DNA from: Octopus bimaculoides | Lineage: Eukaryota | NCBI RefSeq assembly: GCF_001194135.2 | Contig: NC_068993.1 | Coordinates: forward strand, 1,567,642-1,610,201 | Reading direction: 5' to 3' | Length of the DNA stretch: 42,560 nucleotides | In this document: positions 23,671 to 34,360 of the stretch, one piece after another | Position numbering within the stretch: position 1 is the first letter of the stretch | Layout of the letters: every line of letters starts with the position of its first letter | The notes under the pieces: model-generated | What the model was told of the DNA's origin: nothing | Database searches by the model: none | The model's input: only the letters and a program-made list of their open reading frames with translations | Translations under genes and position numbers: made by a program

Positions 23671-23901
23671 TTATTTTGTGGCGCTGCCAACCAATGTTGT
23701 GCTTATCAGCGGCAGGGTATCAACAGTGACCTTAGTGTATTTTTGTGTAGCAAAACCAGTTGATTCCACAGTTTCCCAGGGTCGTCGAGTCAGGTGGCAG
23801 TTGCCAAACATGCACTTCCATGACCCATGCAGCAAAACTTGGAAAAACTTAATTGTAGAGCTGGTTGCCTCAACATGTTCCCAATATATGAAAATTCCAC
23901 C
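23671..23901 (-). CDS. METTL7A: METTL7A/B-like methyltransferase exon 2 (GGIFIYWEHV...GNCHLTR...VGSATK*); spliced protein 256 aa, intron 23902-27699
   Basis: ttgtttcttgcag| acceptor, phase 0; family C-terminal pattern GG-x-F-x-x-x-EHV ... C-x-LTR ... GF ... G-x-A-x-K-stop. Confidence 0.88.
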   Translation of the reverse strand, partial: GGIFIYWEHVEATSSTIKFFQVLLHGSWKCMFGNCHLTRRPWETVESTGFATQKYTKVTVDTLPLISTTLVGSATK

Positions 23902-25444
23902 CTGCAAGAAACAAAAAGAAATAAAATAATGATTTGCCACAAGGACAATGGATGAGAAAACATTACAAAGACAAGAACTGTGAAGGTTTGCACTGAAACT
24001 GAAAGTAAAATACAAAATATACACATTAAACAAAATTCTTTAGAATGTCTTTAGAATAGGAGGGAATGTCACTAAGGGGTCAATCAAATGACCCCACAGG
24101 CTCAGAATTACCTTGATAGCAGGTAGCCGCTTCCAGTTTCGATTTTCTGGTCAACAATGGTCCAATTCATTCAGGCTGTCCCCCCACCCGCAACTTTGCC
24201 CTCCATTTCACCAACTTTATTAGAAGCAGCACTTCTCTGTCTGCTCGATCCAGGTCTGCAGCTCCCACAAAGAACCAAACCTGCTCACCATCCAGGAACC
24301 TTCATAAATAGTGCAGCCTTTACATGACATCGTGTCCAGCAGGATATAACAGCCTAGTCTCCCTCGTATCATGATATATCCTAAAGAAGCAAGAGCATGT
24401 TGCATTATTATGAGATATTCTGTGGCTGGAAGAAATGATGGGATTATCCCAAAATGATTGCATGACCAATCTGGATTAACCCTTTAGCAATAAATTGTTT
24501 ATACTCCTACAACACAAAAAAATATCTTAACAATTGTTTTTTGTACAATTCCTAATATTTAATTATAAAAACACAATAGAATTTTTAATCACTGAATGGT
24601 CATAGGGGCCCACTAAAGTAGAATTGGAATAAAGGGGGTTCATGGGGAAAAAAGGGTCGAGGACCCTAATCACAAATATGTGACTTGTCTCAAATGACAC
24701 ATTTACAAACACTACCGTAACCCAACTCCTAATTGATGAATCATCATCTATTTACTCCCATCATCCACTAATCCTTTTGATGCAAGCCCATTCTGAGATT
24801 ACCCCTGATTCTAAGATATACATTTCTTGTTTTAAAGAGATCTGAATTAAAACCTTCCACCAAAATCTATGTTAATTTAAGTTCCAAATACAAATTTTAG
24901 AGTAGCAAGAATTACATTTTTCATAATAACATAACAGTTATTGTTCAAACTTTTATTTGATGACCAAGTTTGCCTCATAAAACTTGTCTGATGCTTCTTA
25001 CTTTAAAATCGTATTTTTTTAATAATGTTCACCTGACATTTAAAACATCTCTTTGGTTCACTGCATGACCTACATAAAGATTGTATGAAAAACACGCATC
25101 CACTGAAATTACAATAAACTACATGTACACTACTACAATGTATGTGGAGAAACACACACACACACACAGACTTCAACATAAGCAGAGATATACACACCAT
25201 CGCTGTATAAGCAGTATCAAAAGGTTTATGCTTCAAAGCATATTAGAATGATATCAGATATATCCAGTTCAGTATATTGAAGCACTGCTTTACTGTTAGG
25301 TGCCCTTTCTTCTATTAACCCTTTACCTGCTTTTCAAGTAAGGGGTTTTCTTTGAAGGTGCAAAATCAGTGGATGATTTGTTGACAAGAAAGGATAGCAA
25401 TATCACTGCTTGTGGCTTAGTGATTTTCGGACAAGTGTGAATGT

Positions 25445-25484
<40 letters not shown>

Positions 25485-25613
25485 GGTTACTTTTGATTTC
25501 TGTCTACCAAATGTTACTTACAAGGTTTTAACTAATCCAGGTTAATATTTGTTATGATCGATATAATTAATGATGAAGAAACACAAAGAAGGAAAGAAAA
25601 TGAGAGAAGAGAG

Positions 25614-25645
<32 letters not shown>

Positions 25646-25937
25646 ACAGGGAGGAGAGAGAGAGAGAGAGAGTAGAGGGGAAAGAGAAAGATAGACTAAA
25701 CTGCATACAAATATATTTGTTAAATTCTGGCGTTTCTTTTCATTATGGCCCACCATTTTGATAGAATGACAACTTTGTATATTTTAATTAGGCATGAACA
25801 CCTGTGTCCATGGAGACAGGTGGGCAGACTAAGACACTGTTTTGTGTTGAATGTGAAGGCTATTGAATTCTTCACTTGTCTCAGTCGTGGAATTCATAGC
25901 AACTTTAGATGCAAAAAACTTGGATATGGTTAGTGCA

Positions 25938-26180
25938 CATTATTTACATTTGATGGATATTTGTCCTCATCTTGTTTGTTGTTAACACAACGTTTCGGCT
26001 GATATACCCTCCAGCCTTCATCATGTGTCTTAGGGAAATTTTGAACCTGGGTTCTCATTCCTAAGTTTTTTTTCAATGTTATTATTATTATTATTATTAT
26101 TATTCACTGCCTGGAATTGAACTTGGAAACTTGGGGTTAGTAGTCTGCGCTCTTAATCACTATGCCATATGCCCGTGGGC

Positions 26181-26215
<35 letters not shown>

Positions 26216-26350
26216 CATAATAATAATAATAATAATAATAATAATATTGGAGGGTATTTCAGTTAACAAGAAACAAGATGAGGACAAATATCCGTCAAAT
26301 GTAAATAATGTAAATAATGTACATAATTCCTCATTTCTTAAATATAGAAC
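25938..26350 (-). mobile_element. Palindromic non-autonomous element: tRNA-like head plus hammerhead-motif tail on -, with an internally deleted mirror arm on +
   Basis: 25938-25986 and 26262-26310 are 47/49 reverse complements; central TATGCCC-gt-GGGCATA at 26168-26183; A/B-box-like TGGCATAGTGA and AGTTCAATTCC on -. Confidence 0.75.
25984..26029 (-). ncRNA. Minimal type I hammerhead ribozyme fold with a C3-to-A core substitution (probably inactive)
   Basis: On -: GACAC-ATGATGA-A-GGCTG gagggtatat CAGCC-GAA-ACGT-T-GTGTT. Stem I (5 bp with one G-U), stem II (5 bp) and a palindromic ACGT stem III are all readable. Confidence 0.65.
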
Positions 26351-27699
26351 GATGGTCAGTGCAGTTGTGAACTCACTGGACCAAGGTGTTTGCTGCTGTC
26401 CATATATGAGCAGTAAGACAAAGGTTTCGGTCCTCAGATTATTAGTTCTTCTGCCTGGGGCCCCTGTGTGCCACCTGAACCTTTTTTTGATACCAGGACG
26501 TTTTGCAGGATTACGGTTCACCATTAGTTGGATTACAAATCCAATCAATGACTCTTGTCAGAAACTGGGATTTGTCTTGATTCTTGTACGATTTGGGAGT
26601 CGCAGTTTAGGATGTTTGGTGATGATGCTTGATTTTCTGAGTTAGATTCTGTGTGTCATACTCTCTTCTCTGAGGATCCAACTAGGGGGATGGCTCATGG
26701 TGGTCGAGCACATGGATCATGGCTCATGGTGGATGAGGAATCATATTGCAGAAATGGGGACTGAATGGAGGGTTGCATGGAGGGATGACCTGAGCAAATA
26801 CCAACAAATGGTGGACCCCACAGCATGATGCAGCAGAACATGGCCCCTCCACACATGCCTGTCTTTTATTAAGAAACCTATCCAAATAAATCATAAAAGA
26901 ACTTACATAGGCAAATAATTCCTACAGAACATGTATTCCACTCTCTGATATTGATTCATAAAAGTTGAAAAGGAGTGGTTATATGATCGGCTAGAAATAG
27001 CAGCCAAATTAGTGGCTTATGGCGATCTTGGTGTATAATGTTTTCTTTCAGCTATGTTATTAAAAACATTGCTATAGCAATAAAACTTTGAAAGCAACGA
27101 AGAAAATATTGTTGTAAAACTAGAATTCATAGACAATACTCGATTACAGAAAGCTCATAGGTGTAATTAACAGTGAAATGAAGTATTTTGATATAATTGA
27201 ATCGCAAATCGAAAGTAGAAAACGAACGTTATTCAGAAAGATTGTTGAAATAATTGGCAAGCTTCGCAAAAAAAAAAAAAAAAAGATTAAAAAAATTTTT
27301 CTAAGGATATCAATAATTTTCGGAGAACATATTTTCCAATGTTTAGTGTATTTAAAAGTTAATTAGCTGTGTAGAAATATTAACAAATAATTAATAAAAG
27401 GTAACATTCCAAACGCTTTTGAGAATTCTTTTGTGACGCATCTGTTAAGTCGGAAGAATTCGGATATCGATCGTATAAAGGATTAGCAAGAAAATACACA
27501 TAAAGATATAAATTTCTAACAAAGGAACAAAACCACAGTCTTAAAAGTGTTTAAATTTGATATTTTTTTAAACATACTCACAACACCCTATGAATTGGCG
27601 CTTCACCGAATGTACAGGTACCCTGCTGGATTTGAACTCAGATACGGTAATGCATTTTCTTCGAAACACACGCATTTACACTTATATGGAATTACTTAC

Positions 27700-28239
27700 T
27701 TTCCGAAGGACTCTTTTTATTTCATTCAGAACCTTTTCCACATCTCCAACGGAACACAGACACATGGTAGATATAACGACATCGACGGTACCAGTTTTGA
27801 TAAAAGACATGTCTTCGGCAGGCGAACAGTAGAACTTTTTGAGCGTCAGGTGCAGATATTTCTTTATGTTTTTCTTCACTGCCACTTCATAAATATCTTC
27901 AAGGTCCAGAGCATATACATTGCAGCCTTCTGGATAATGAGGGAAGTTCGCACCATCTCCGATACCGATTTCCAAAACGTCGAGATTCTCAGAAATTTCT
28001 TTCTTTTTCATGCGAAGAGGCTGGAAGAAGTTATCCAGTTCTTCTTTATGCTTCTCCGCTACCTTGCGCCAGTACTCTGCCATTACGTAGGATAGTAACC
28101 TTTGTCTGCAGGTATTTAAGGCTTGTTTGATGAGATTCGAAAGCATATAGACTAAAAGAATGATTCCAAATAATATAAGGATGAACATGGCAAATGGATT
28201 TGAAGAAATCCCAGCGTCTGTAGAGTCTTCTGAAGACAT
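27700..28239 (-). CDS. METTL7A: METTL7A/B-like (TMT1 thiol-methyltransferase family) class I SAM-dependent methyltransferase, copy 1, exon 1 (180 codons)
   Basis: N-terminal hydrophobic segment, motif I VLEIGIGDGANF, then GTVDVVISTMCLCSV and EIKRVLRK followed by a gtaagt donor (phase 0). The intron position matches my recollection of human METTL7A (after RVLRP). A versus B orthology is not resolvable. Confidence 0.9.
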
Positions 28240-28485
28240 TTTGGGTGTGTTTTAAGAAGCAGAATAATCTTCAAAAGATATTTACAAAATTAGGGACAGC
28301 TTTTAACAGCGAACGAACGAACAACCGTTGGAAATGAAAGTTGAATCATGAAATGTAAATAAAGAAAACGCTGCTCTAAAAAAATTCTGATGATTTTGTT
28401 ATGTGAACGACTGATAAAGTTGTGTTTATGAATTAAGATTCTCAGGCATTCTTTCTCATGGTTCCTACCCTCTCGTGAATGGAGT

Positions 28486-28499
28486 GCAGCCAATGGTTG
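28486..28499 (-). promoter_or_regulatory. CCAAT-box island (GCAGCCAATGGTTG on +) upstream of METTL7-like copy 1
   Basis: Identical 14-mer upstream of both copies while the flanks have diverged; about 250 bp from the ATG. Confidence 0.5.
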
Positions 28500-28661
28500 T
28501 GCGTTGCCATTCAGAAGCGTTGCAGCAGATAAAAAAGGGGAAAGGCGAGACACAAATAAAATAATTTTCAAAACATTTCTCTTATATCAAGTATTTAGTT
28601 TTGGGCTGCAGGGCTAATTAGCCCTCTGCAGTTCGCACTGAGTGCAGCCTTTAAGCTAATT

Positions 28662-28718
<57 letters not shown>
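28662..28718. repeat. (CTAT)n microsatellite
   Basis: Read directly. Confidence 0.9.
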
Positions 28719-29240
28719 AGGTCCTCCAGCATAACCACAGCCGCTTGGCTGAAACACATAAAAGAATATATCTAATATAATAAATGCGAAAACTAATTAC
28801 TGTGTCAGCTTGTCACACTTTGACTCCCTCTCTCACTATTCAATGACACTTCATCGTGTTGGGGTAACAGTAAAAGGAGGCGCTGGGACAGGGAGGGCGG
28901 TGGCGAAGAGGGAGGGAGAGAGAGAGAGAGAAAGAAAGAAAATGAAAGGGTGAGAAAGAGAGACAAAGAAATGTAGGGAGAGTTGATGTTTCATTAAAAA
29001 TAGTAGTGTTGATGGTGGGAGTATTAATGAGAGAGAGAGAAAGAGAGAGAGAAAGTGGATATGTGAGAGAAAGAGGGAGATGATATACAACTTTTTAGGA
29101 CAGAAATTCCTGTGGTGAGCATATTGGAAACATTAAGAGAAAAGAAGGGGAGTGCCAAGAAAGTATTTTCTCTCTGAACAGTTGCAGTTATTTTTAGAAT
29201 ACTTTATTACAATGAAGAATTTGATACCAAATACTCCAAA

Positions 29241-30500
29241 CATGAAATCTTTCGAGCGGGATCGTTTGCCAGTGCCCCTGGACTGGCTCATGTGCGAGCG
29301 ACACCTGAAATCTTTCGAGCGGGATCGTTGCCAGTGCCCCTGGACTGGCTCATGTGCGAGTGACACATGACATCTTTCGAGTGGGATCGTGCCAGAGCCC
29401 CTGGACTGGCTCATGTGCGGGCGACACATGATATCTTTCGAGCGAGATCGTTGCCGGTGCCCCTGGACTGACTCTTGTGCGGGTGACACATGAAATGTTT
29501 GAGCGGGTTCGTTGCCAGTGCCCCTGGACTGGCTCTTGTGCGGGTGACACNNNNNNNNNNNNNNNNNNNNNNNNNNNNNNNNNNNNNNNNNNNNNNNNNN
29601 NNNNNNNNNNNNNNNNNNNNNNNNNNNNNNNNNNNNNNNNNNNNNNNNNNNNNNNNNNNNNNNNNNNNNNNNNNNNNNNNNNNNNNNNNNNNNNNNNNNN
29701 NNNNNNNNNNNNNNNNNNNNNNNNNNNNNNNNNNNNNNNNNNNNNNNNNNNNNNNNNNNNNNNNNNNNNNNNNNNNNNNNNNNNNNNNNNNNNNNNNNNN
29801 NNNNNNNNNNNNNNNNNNNNNNNNNNNNNNNNNNNNNNNNNNNNNNNNNNNNNNNNNNNNNNNNNNNNNNNNNNNNNNNNNNNNNNNNNNNNNNNNNNNN
29901 NNNNNNNNNNNNNNNNNNNNNNNNNNNNNNNNNNNNNNNNNNNNNNNNNNNNNNNNNNNNNNNNNNNNNNNNNNNNNNNNNNNNNNNNNNNNNNNNNNNN
30001 NNNNNNNNNNNNNNNNNNNNNNNNNNNNNNNNNNNNNNNNNNNNNNNNNNNNNNNNNNNNNNNNNNNNNNNNNNNNNNNNNNNNNNNNNNNNNNNNNNNN
30101 NNNNNNNNNNNNNNNNNNNNNNNNNNNNNNNNNNNNNNNNNNNNNNNNNNNNNNNNNNNNNNNNNNNNNNNNNNNNNNNNNNNNNNNNNNNNNNNNNNNN
30201 NNNNNNNNNNNNNNNNNNNNNNNNNNNNNNNNNNNNNNNNNNNNNNNNNNNNNNNNNNNNNNNNNNNNNNNNNNNNNNNNNNNNNNNNNNNNNNNNNNNN
30301 NNNNNNNNNNNNNNNNNNNNNNNNNNNNNNNNNNNNNNNNNNNNNNNNNNNNNNNNNNNNNNNTTGCCAGTGCCCCTGGACTGGCTCATGTGCGAGCGAC
30401 ACCTGAAATCTTTCGAGCGGGATCGTTGCCAGTGCCCCTGGACTGGCTCTTGTGCGGGTGGCACATAAAAGACACCGTTTCGAGCGTGGCCGTTTTCGTG
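29241..30500 (+). repeat. 61-62 bp tandem satellite (unit about GCCAGTGCCCCTGGACTGGCTCATGTGCGAGCGACACCTGAAATCTTTCGAGCGGGATCGTT) spanning an N gap
   Basis: Unit starts at 29268, 29330, 29391, 29453, 29514, then 30366 and 30428; gap 29551-30363 is flanked by units on both sides. Confidence 0.95.
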
Positions 30501-30698
30501 CGGGTGACACGTAAAAGCACCCACTACACTCTCTGAGTGGTTGGCGTTAGGAAGGGCATCCAGCTGTAGAAACTCTGCCAAATTAGATTGGAGCCTGGTG
30601 TTGCCATCCGGTTTCACCAGTCCTCAGTCAAATCGTCCAACTCATGCTAGCATGGAAAGCGGACGTTAAACGATGATGATGATGATGATGATGATGAT
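30500..30698 (+). mobile_element. Retroposon 3' end with (GAT)n tail (LINE 3' UTR or LINE-tailed SINE)
   Basis: GAGTGGTTGGCGTTAGGAAGGGCATCCAGC...CATGGAAAGCGGACGTTAAAC(GAT)n; near-identical copy at 41692. Confidence 0.85.
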
Positions 30699-31585
30699 TA
30701 GGATACCGTTCTTGTCTCTCAGTGGCAGCACCCAAACAATTTTTATGATTACCATCAAATTCTTTCATAAAACCAGAATGGTCAATAAGAGCTGGTGCTG
30801 AGCATTCATTTTGTGTTGTTATTATGGAACAAGCACAAGAATCTTGGGTCTAATTCCTGAAATTTGGTGTAGAATTCAAAGTACTGTTGACTGCATGACT
30901 AAACATGATGTATATTTAAACAGAAGCCCTCCATAGTTTAACATCACATACATGTGACTGTTGCACTTCCAACAACCCTGCCATCACCACCACCACATTG
31001 AGCAAAACCCATTGACAATTTGAATATTCTTTTGTGATAAAACAACAGCTGGTGTACTTCCATATTTGGCATTCACTCTCAATTTACTCAATAATTACAT
31101 TATTATTTTATCAATTCCAGCCACTGCTGATGTTATTTTTCCAATTCATTTTGTAAAGAATATTTCAAAATAATTATACAAAGAACCATTTCCTTCTACC
31201 TCGACCAATTTACAACAACTTTGCAGTTAACTACTTTATTATTTTCATTTTACTTTTTCATGCTTTTTTTTTAAATAGATTCCCCCACCACCACCAAAGG
31301 ACAAGAATGTGCATTATAGCATGGTTTGACCTTTCATAAATTTCATGTGAAAAGCCAAAAAGAAAAACAAACTAAATTGCATTTACTGCCATTCTGTGTT
31401 GTGCTGCACAGAAAGCTGTCTTTGAGAGATTCCAGTGGAATTTCAGTCGCTCCTCACCCCGCCCAACTCTTCTTCTCATCGTTGGGGAAGGGAATGTTGT
31501 GAGAGGCCATCTGTAAGCTTGATAGACAGGATTTCCATGTTCGTTAGTAAGATTTTATATTACATAATACACGCATACATGACAT

Positions 31586-31915
31586 GATGATGATAGCTTC
31601 CCCCTCGTTATCGAGTATGGCCATTGCACGAAGCTTAACTTAACGGTGCTGTGATCAAATGTGACTTTTTAGCCCAGCCAAAGATCTGCAATGTCTTGCA
31701 CAGAGTTGGCATCCAAAACCTTTACTGGCAGTAGCTGGCTGTTGTTGTAATTGGGCTCCATGTACCTTTGCGTGTCGTTTAAGTCCTCCTGCTGAATCAC
31801 ACTCCCTTCCACACGCCCGACAGACGTGATTAGTATGGTGTGTAGCATCATCACCAGCGGCCTGGTGGTCAATCATCGGTCTTGCTTTATGACTACGAAG
31901 ATGACTCACGAGTCC
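31586..31915 (-). mobile_element. 3' end of an RTE-clade LINE with two C2H2-type zinc fingers and an ATC tail
   Basis: CRACGRECDSAGGLKRHAKVH and CQLCARHCRSLAGLKSHI*, then a short UTR ending GGCCATACTCGATAACGAGGGGGAAGCTATCATCATCAT; the upstream side is cut by an (ATAC)n tract. Confidence 0.7.
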
Positions 31916-32846
31916 AGCATACATACATACATACATACAAACAAACAAACAAGGACAGACACACAGCAGATGTTTGAATGTTTCATGAAGAAATACAACA
32001 GAGAAGTCAGTCCTAATTAAACTACATGATTGTACTTGCATGGTTGTCTCATATTTTAAGACAGTACAGTATATTTTGAGGGAAATTTTGAAGGCAAGCA
32101 ACATTGCAGAGGCACATTCACTGACTGTAGTTAAACAACCTGTTTGTAGCAGACACTTCAACAGGTTTTTATCAGCTTTGCTTTGACTAACCACAGGACA
32201 GTGACCCGGCAGCCATTTTAGTCAAACAAAGCTTATTTTAAGCTGCATTATTCTCTTGGCTCTTCAAGTTGCAGTAACAACCAAGAAAAAAGAAGTAGCA
32301 CACACATAAAGGAGTGATTATTCACCGAGTTATGGTTGTTGTTTAAATAATAAGACATCTTTAACTGAATAAAATAACAAACTAACAAAGAAAAAAAAAT
32401 GCTAGTTTTAAAATCAATGCAGTAGTTGTGTTGACAAGTAATATTCATAGCCACTTCAACATGGTTGGCCATTCGATTGGACTCTAATGCAATTTTTTTA
32501 ACTCCAAGAGGACATCTCCTTTAGCTGGTTAATGATGCACAGTTGCAATTGATAAAATGTCATCTTGGGATTAAAAAATCACAGTAGAGTCCACTCGAAT
32601 GGACAGCCATATTGATGTGGCTACTAATATTACTTAAAGAACAAAATAATCAGGAGGAAAGCTTTTCACACGGCAAAGTGGAAAGCTGAATAAGAAACCT
32701 GATGGGCTTTTGTACCTGATCCAGATAAAAGTTATTCAACATTGCTCTTTGCTTTGTTAGAAACTCTCTTTTCCTTTTTGGTTTGTTATTCTAATTCTGT
32801 ATCACAATGCTTCAAGCAAACTGTAATACACTTGAAAATGATACAT

Positions 32847-33169
32847 GAACTTGACTGAGATCTCTTACACCATCCGTTATATTCTCCTGGCATTGCGCCA
32901 TCTGACTACCACTTATTTTTGTCTCTACATAATTCATTGCAAGGAAAAACATTTAAAGATTTCGATGGAGTCAAAATGCATCTAGATAACTTTATCCTTT
33001 AAAACCAGTGCAATTTTATGCTGATAGAATATCTAAATTGCCTGATAGATGAGTAAAGGTCATTACTAATAATGGAAATTATTTCAATGAATAAAATTTA
33101 TTGAAAGGTCAATTATTCATATCTCTTTTTGCATTTTAAAAAATGCTCAGAACTTTCCAGGCAACCTAA
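32847..33169 (+). mobile_element. 3' fragment of a second mariner family with its terminal inverted repeat
   Basis: Translates LLHHPLYSPGIAPSDYHLFLSLHNSL...SKLPDR*VKVITNNGNYF, then a TIR-like end AAAAAATGCTCAGAACTTTCCAGGCAACCTAA. Confidence 0.85.
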
Positions 33170-33234
33170 CAGAACTAGCCACTGACCTGTTTAAAAAATT
33201 TTTTTTGACCTCTCTATCTATTTGTCTATCTGTC

Positions 33235-33965
33235 TATAATGTTGCTATACCAATCGCTGGGTAGGACCCCCTCATGGACAACCTAATTAACTATACAGGT
33301 GACGACGCCACATCCTTCCCCACCGGATATTTGAAACATCACAGTGGTGATTCCTAACGAGCCGGGGGCTTTCCCTGTCTTCATGTCCTTAATTGCTTTA
33401 TCTACTAAGCTACAGTCGATTCAGATAGCTGGTCCCTCAATTGGGTCAACATTTGGCAGACACTCATCCCCACCTTCATTCTCCATGTTCAGCAGTCTTT
33501 CATAATGGCATCTCCAAGCCTCTTTCTTTGCAGAATCGTTAAACACAAGTGCACCATCATCCATGTGGACACATTTCTCTCCTATGACATCATGATTTCC
33601 TCTCACACAATGTCTTGCAATCCGAAACACTCTAGTCCTCACGTCACAGAATATAGGCAAACTTTCTCTTTTCTCCTTCTCCCTTGGCTAGATATATCTG
33701 TTTCCTTCTGGCTATTTGATACAATTCCCTGCTACCCCCACACTTCCAGCCCTTCCAGGCCTGTTTCTTTGCTCTAATGACCTTGTCTACCGCATCATTC
33801 CACCACCACGTCACCATAGGTCTGGAGGGAACTTTACACCAACCACAGATTTTGTCTGTGGCATTCAGCAAGCTGTCTCGCAGGAATTCCCAGTTGCCCT
33901 CTATGTTACAAGTCTGTAGTTCCTCCTCCCTCTCGTCAAATTTCTCAGTTAGGGTATCCCTAAAT
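33235..33965 (-). mobile_element. RTE-clade LINE ORF fragment (linker between endonuclease and RT)
   Basis: WEFLRDSLLNATDKICGWCK..TWWWNDAVDKVIRAKKQAWK, KKEAWRCHYERLLN and KAIKDMKTGKAPGS; disrupted by stops and frameshifts. Confidence 0.85.
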
Positions 33966-34019
33966 TCCAGACAATATAAAGGGCCATCATCTTGTAAGGT
34001 GAAGAATGATGTCTTAGAA

Positions 34020-34360
34020 CCATAACTATTCCTTTCCGACTGGGAACGAAGGACTTCAGCCAGTTATAAAGATCATCTTTCACAACATTGCCGAGAGTTT
34101 TACTACGAGTCATTTGTGTGACACAGAATTGAAGGCTTTAGCAAAGCCAAGATAGATAACATCTATCCATGAGCCACCATCAGTAATTTGGGTGATGTCC
34201 TCAAGAAACTTGATGAGTTGGCTACAGCAGCTGGAGTTAGGGACAAATCCAAATTGTGAGGGTCAAGAAAGAGCTGTGAGAACTCCAAAAGTTCCAGAGT
34301 GTTTCTCTAACACACGATTCCATCAGTTTGGCGATGCAGCTAGTAAGGCTGATATAAGGA
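34020..34360 (-). mobile_element. CR1/L2-type LINE reverse-transcriptase fragment
   Basis: ISLTSCIAKLMESCVRE, QFGFVPNSSCCSQL and IDVIYLGFAKAFNSVSHK*LVVKL are typical CR1-group RT motifs. Confidence 0.85.

Noticed and set aside
26105-26175. tRNA gene on the - strand
   Set aside because: Degenerate boxes, no convincing cloverleaf, embedded in the palindromic repeat element
26425-26455. Third hammerhead candidate (CAGAAGAA..CTGAGGACCGAAAC on -)
   Set aside because: No CUGANGA followed by a pairing stem II, and no stem I
26153-26645. ORFs with poly-I, poly-L, poly-Y, YI or SL runs here and elsewhere (827-1290, 3487-3714, 37236-38091 and others)
   Set aside because: Translations of microsatellites
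27547-28095. 182-aa + strand ORF
   Set aside because: Antisense shadow of the methyltransferase exon 1, with no independent features
29241-30500. Regularly spaced palindromic repeats resembling a CRISPR array
   Set aside because: The 'spacers' are near-identical to each other, there are no cas genes, the context is eukaryotic, and the array merges into a retroposon tail; it is a tandem satellite
31655-32194. 179-aa ORF with two C2H2 fingers as a host zinc-finger gene
   Set aside because: No TGEKP linkers; the ORF crosses an (ATAC)n microsatellite and has an unrelated N-terminal half; it ends in an RTE-style short UTR and ATC tail
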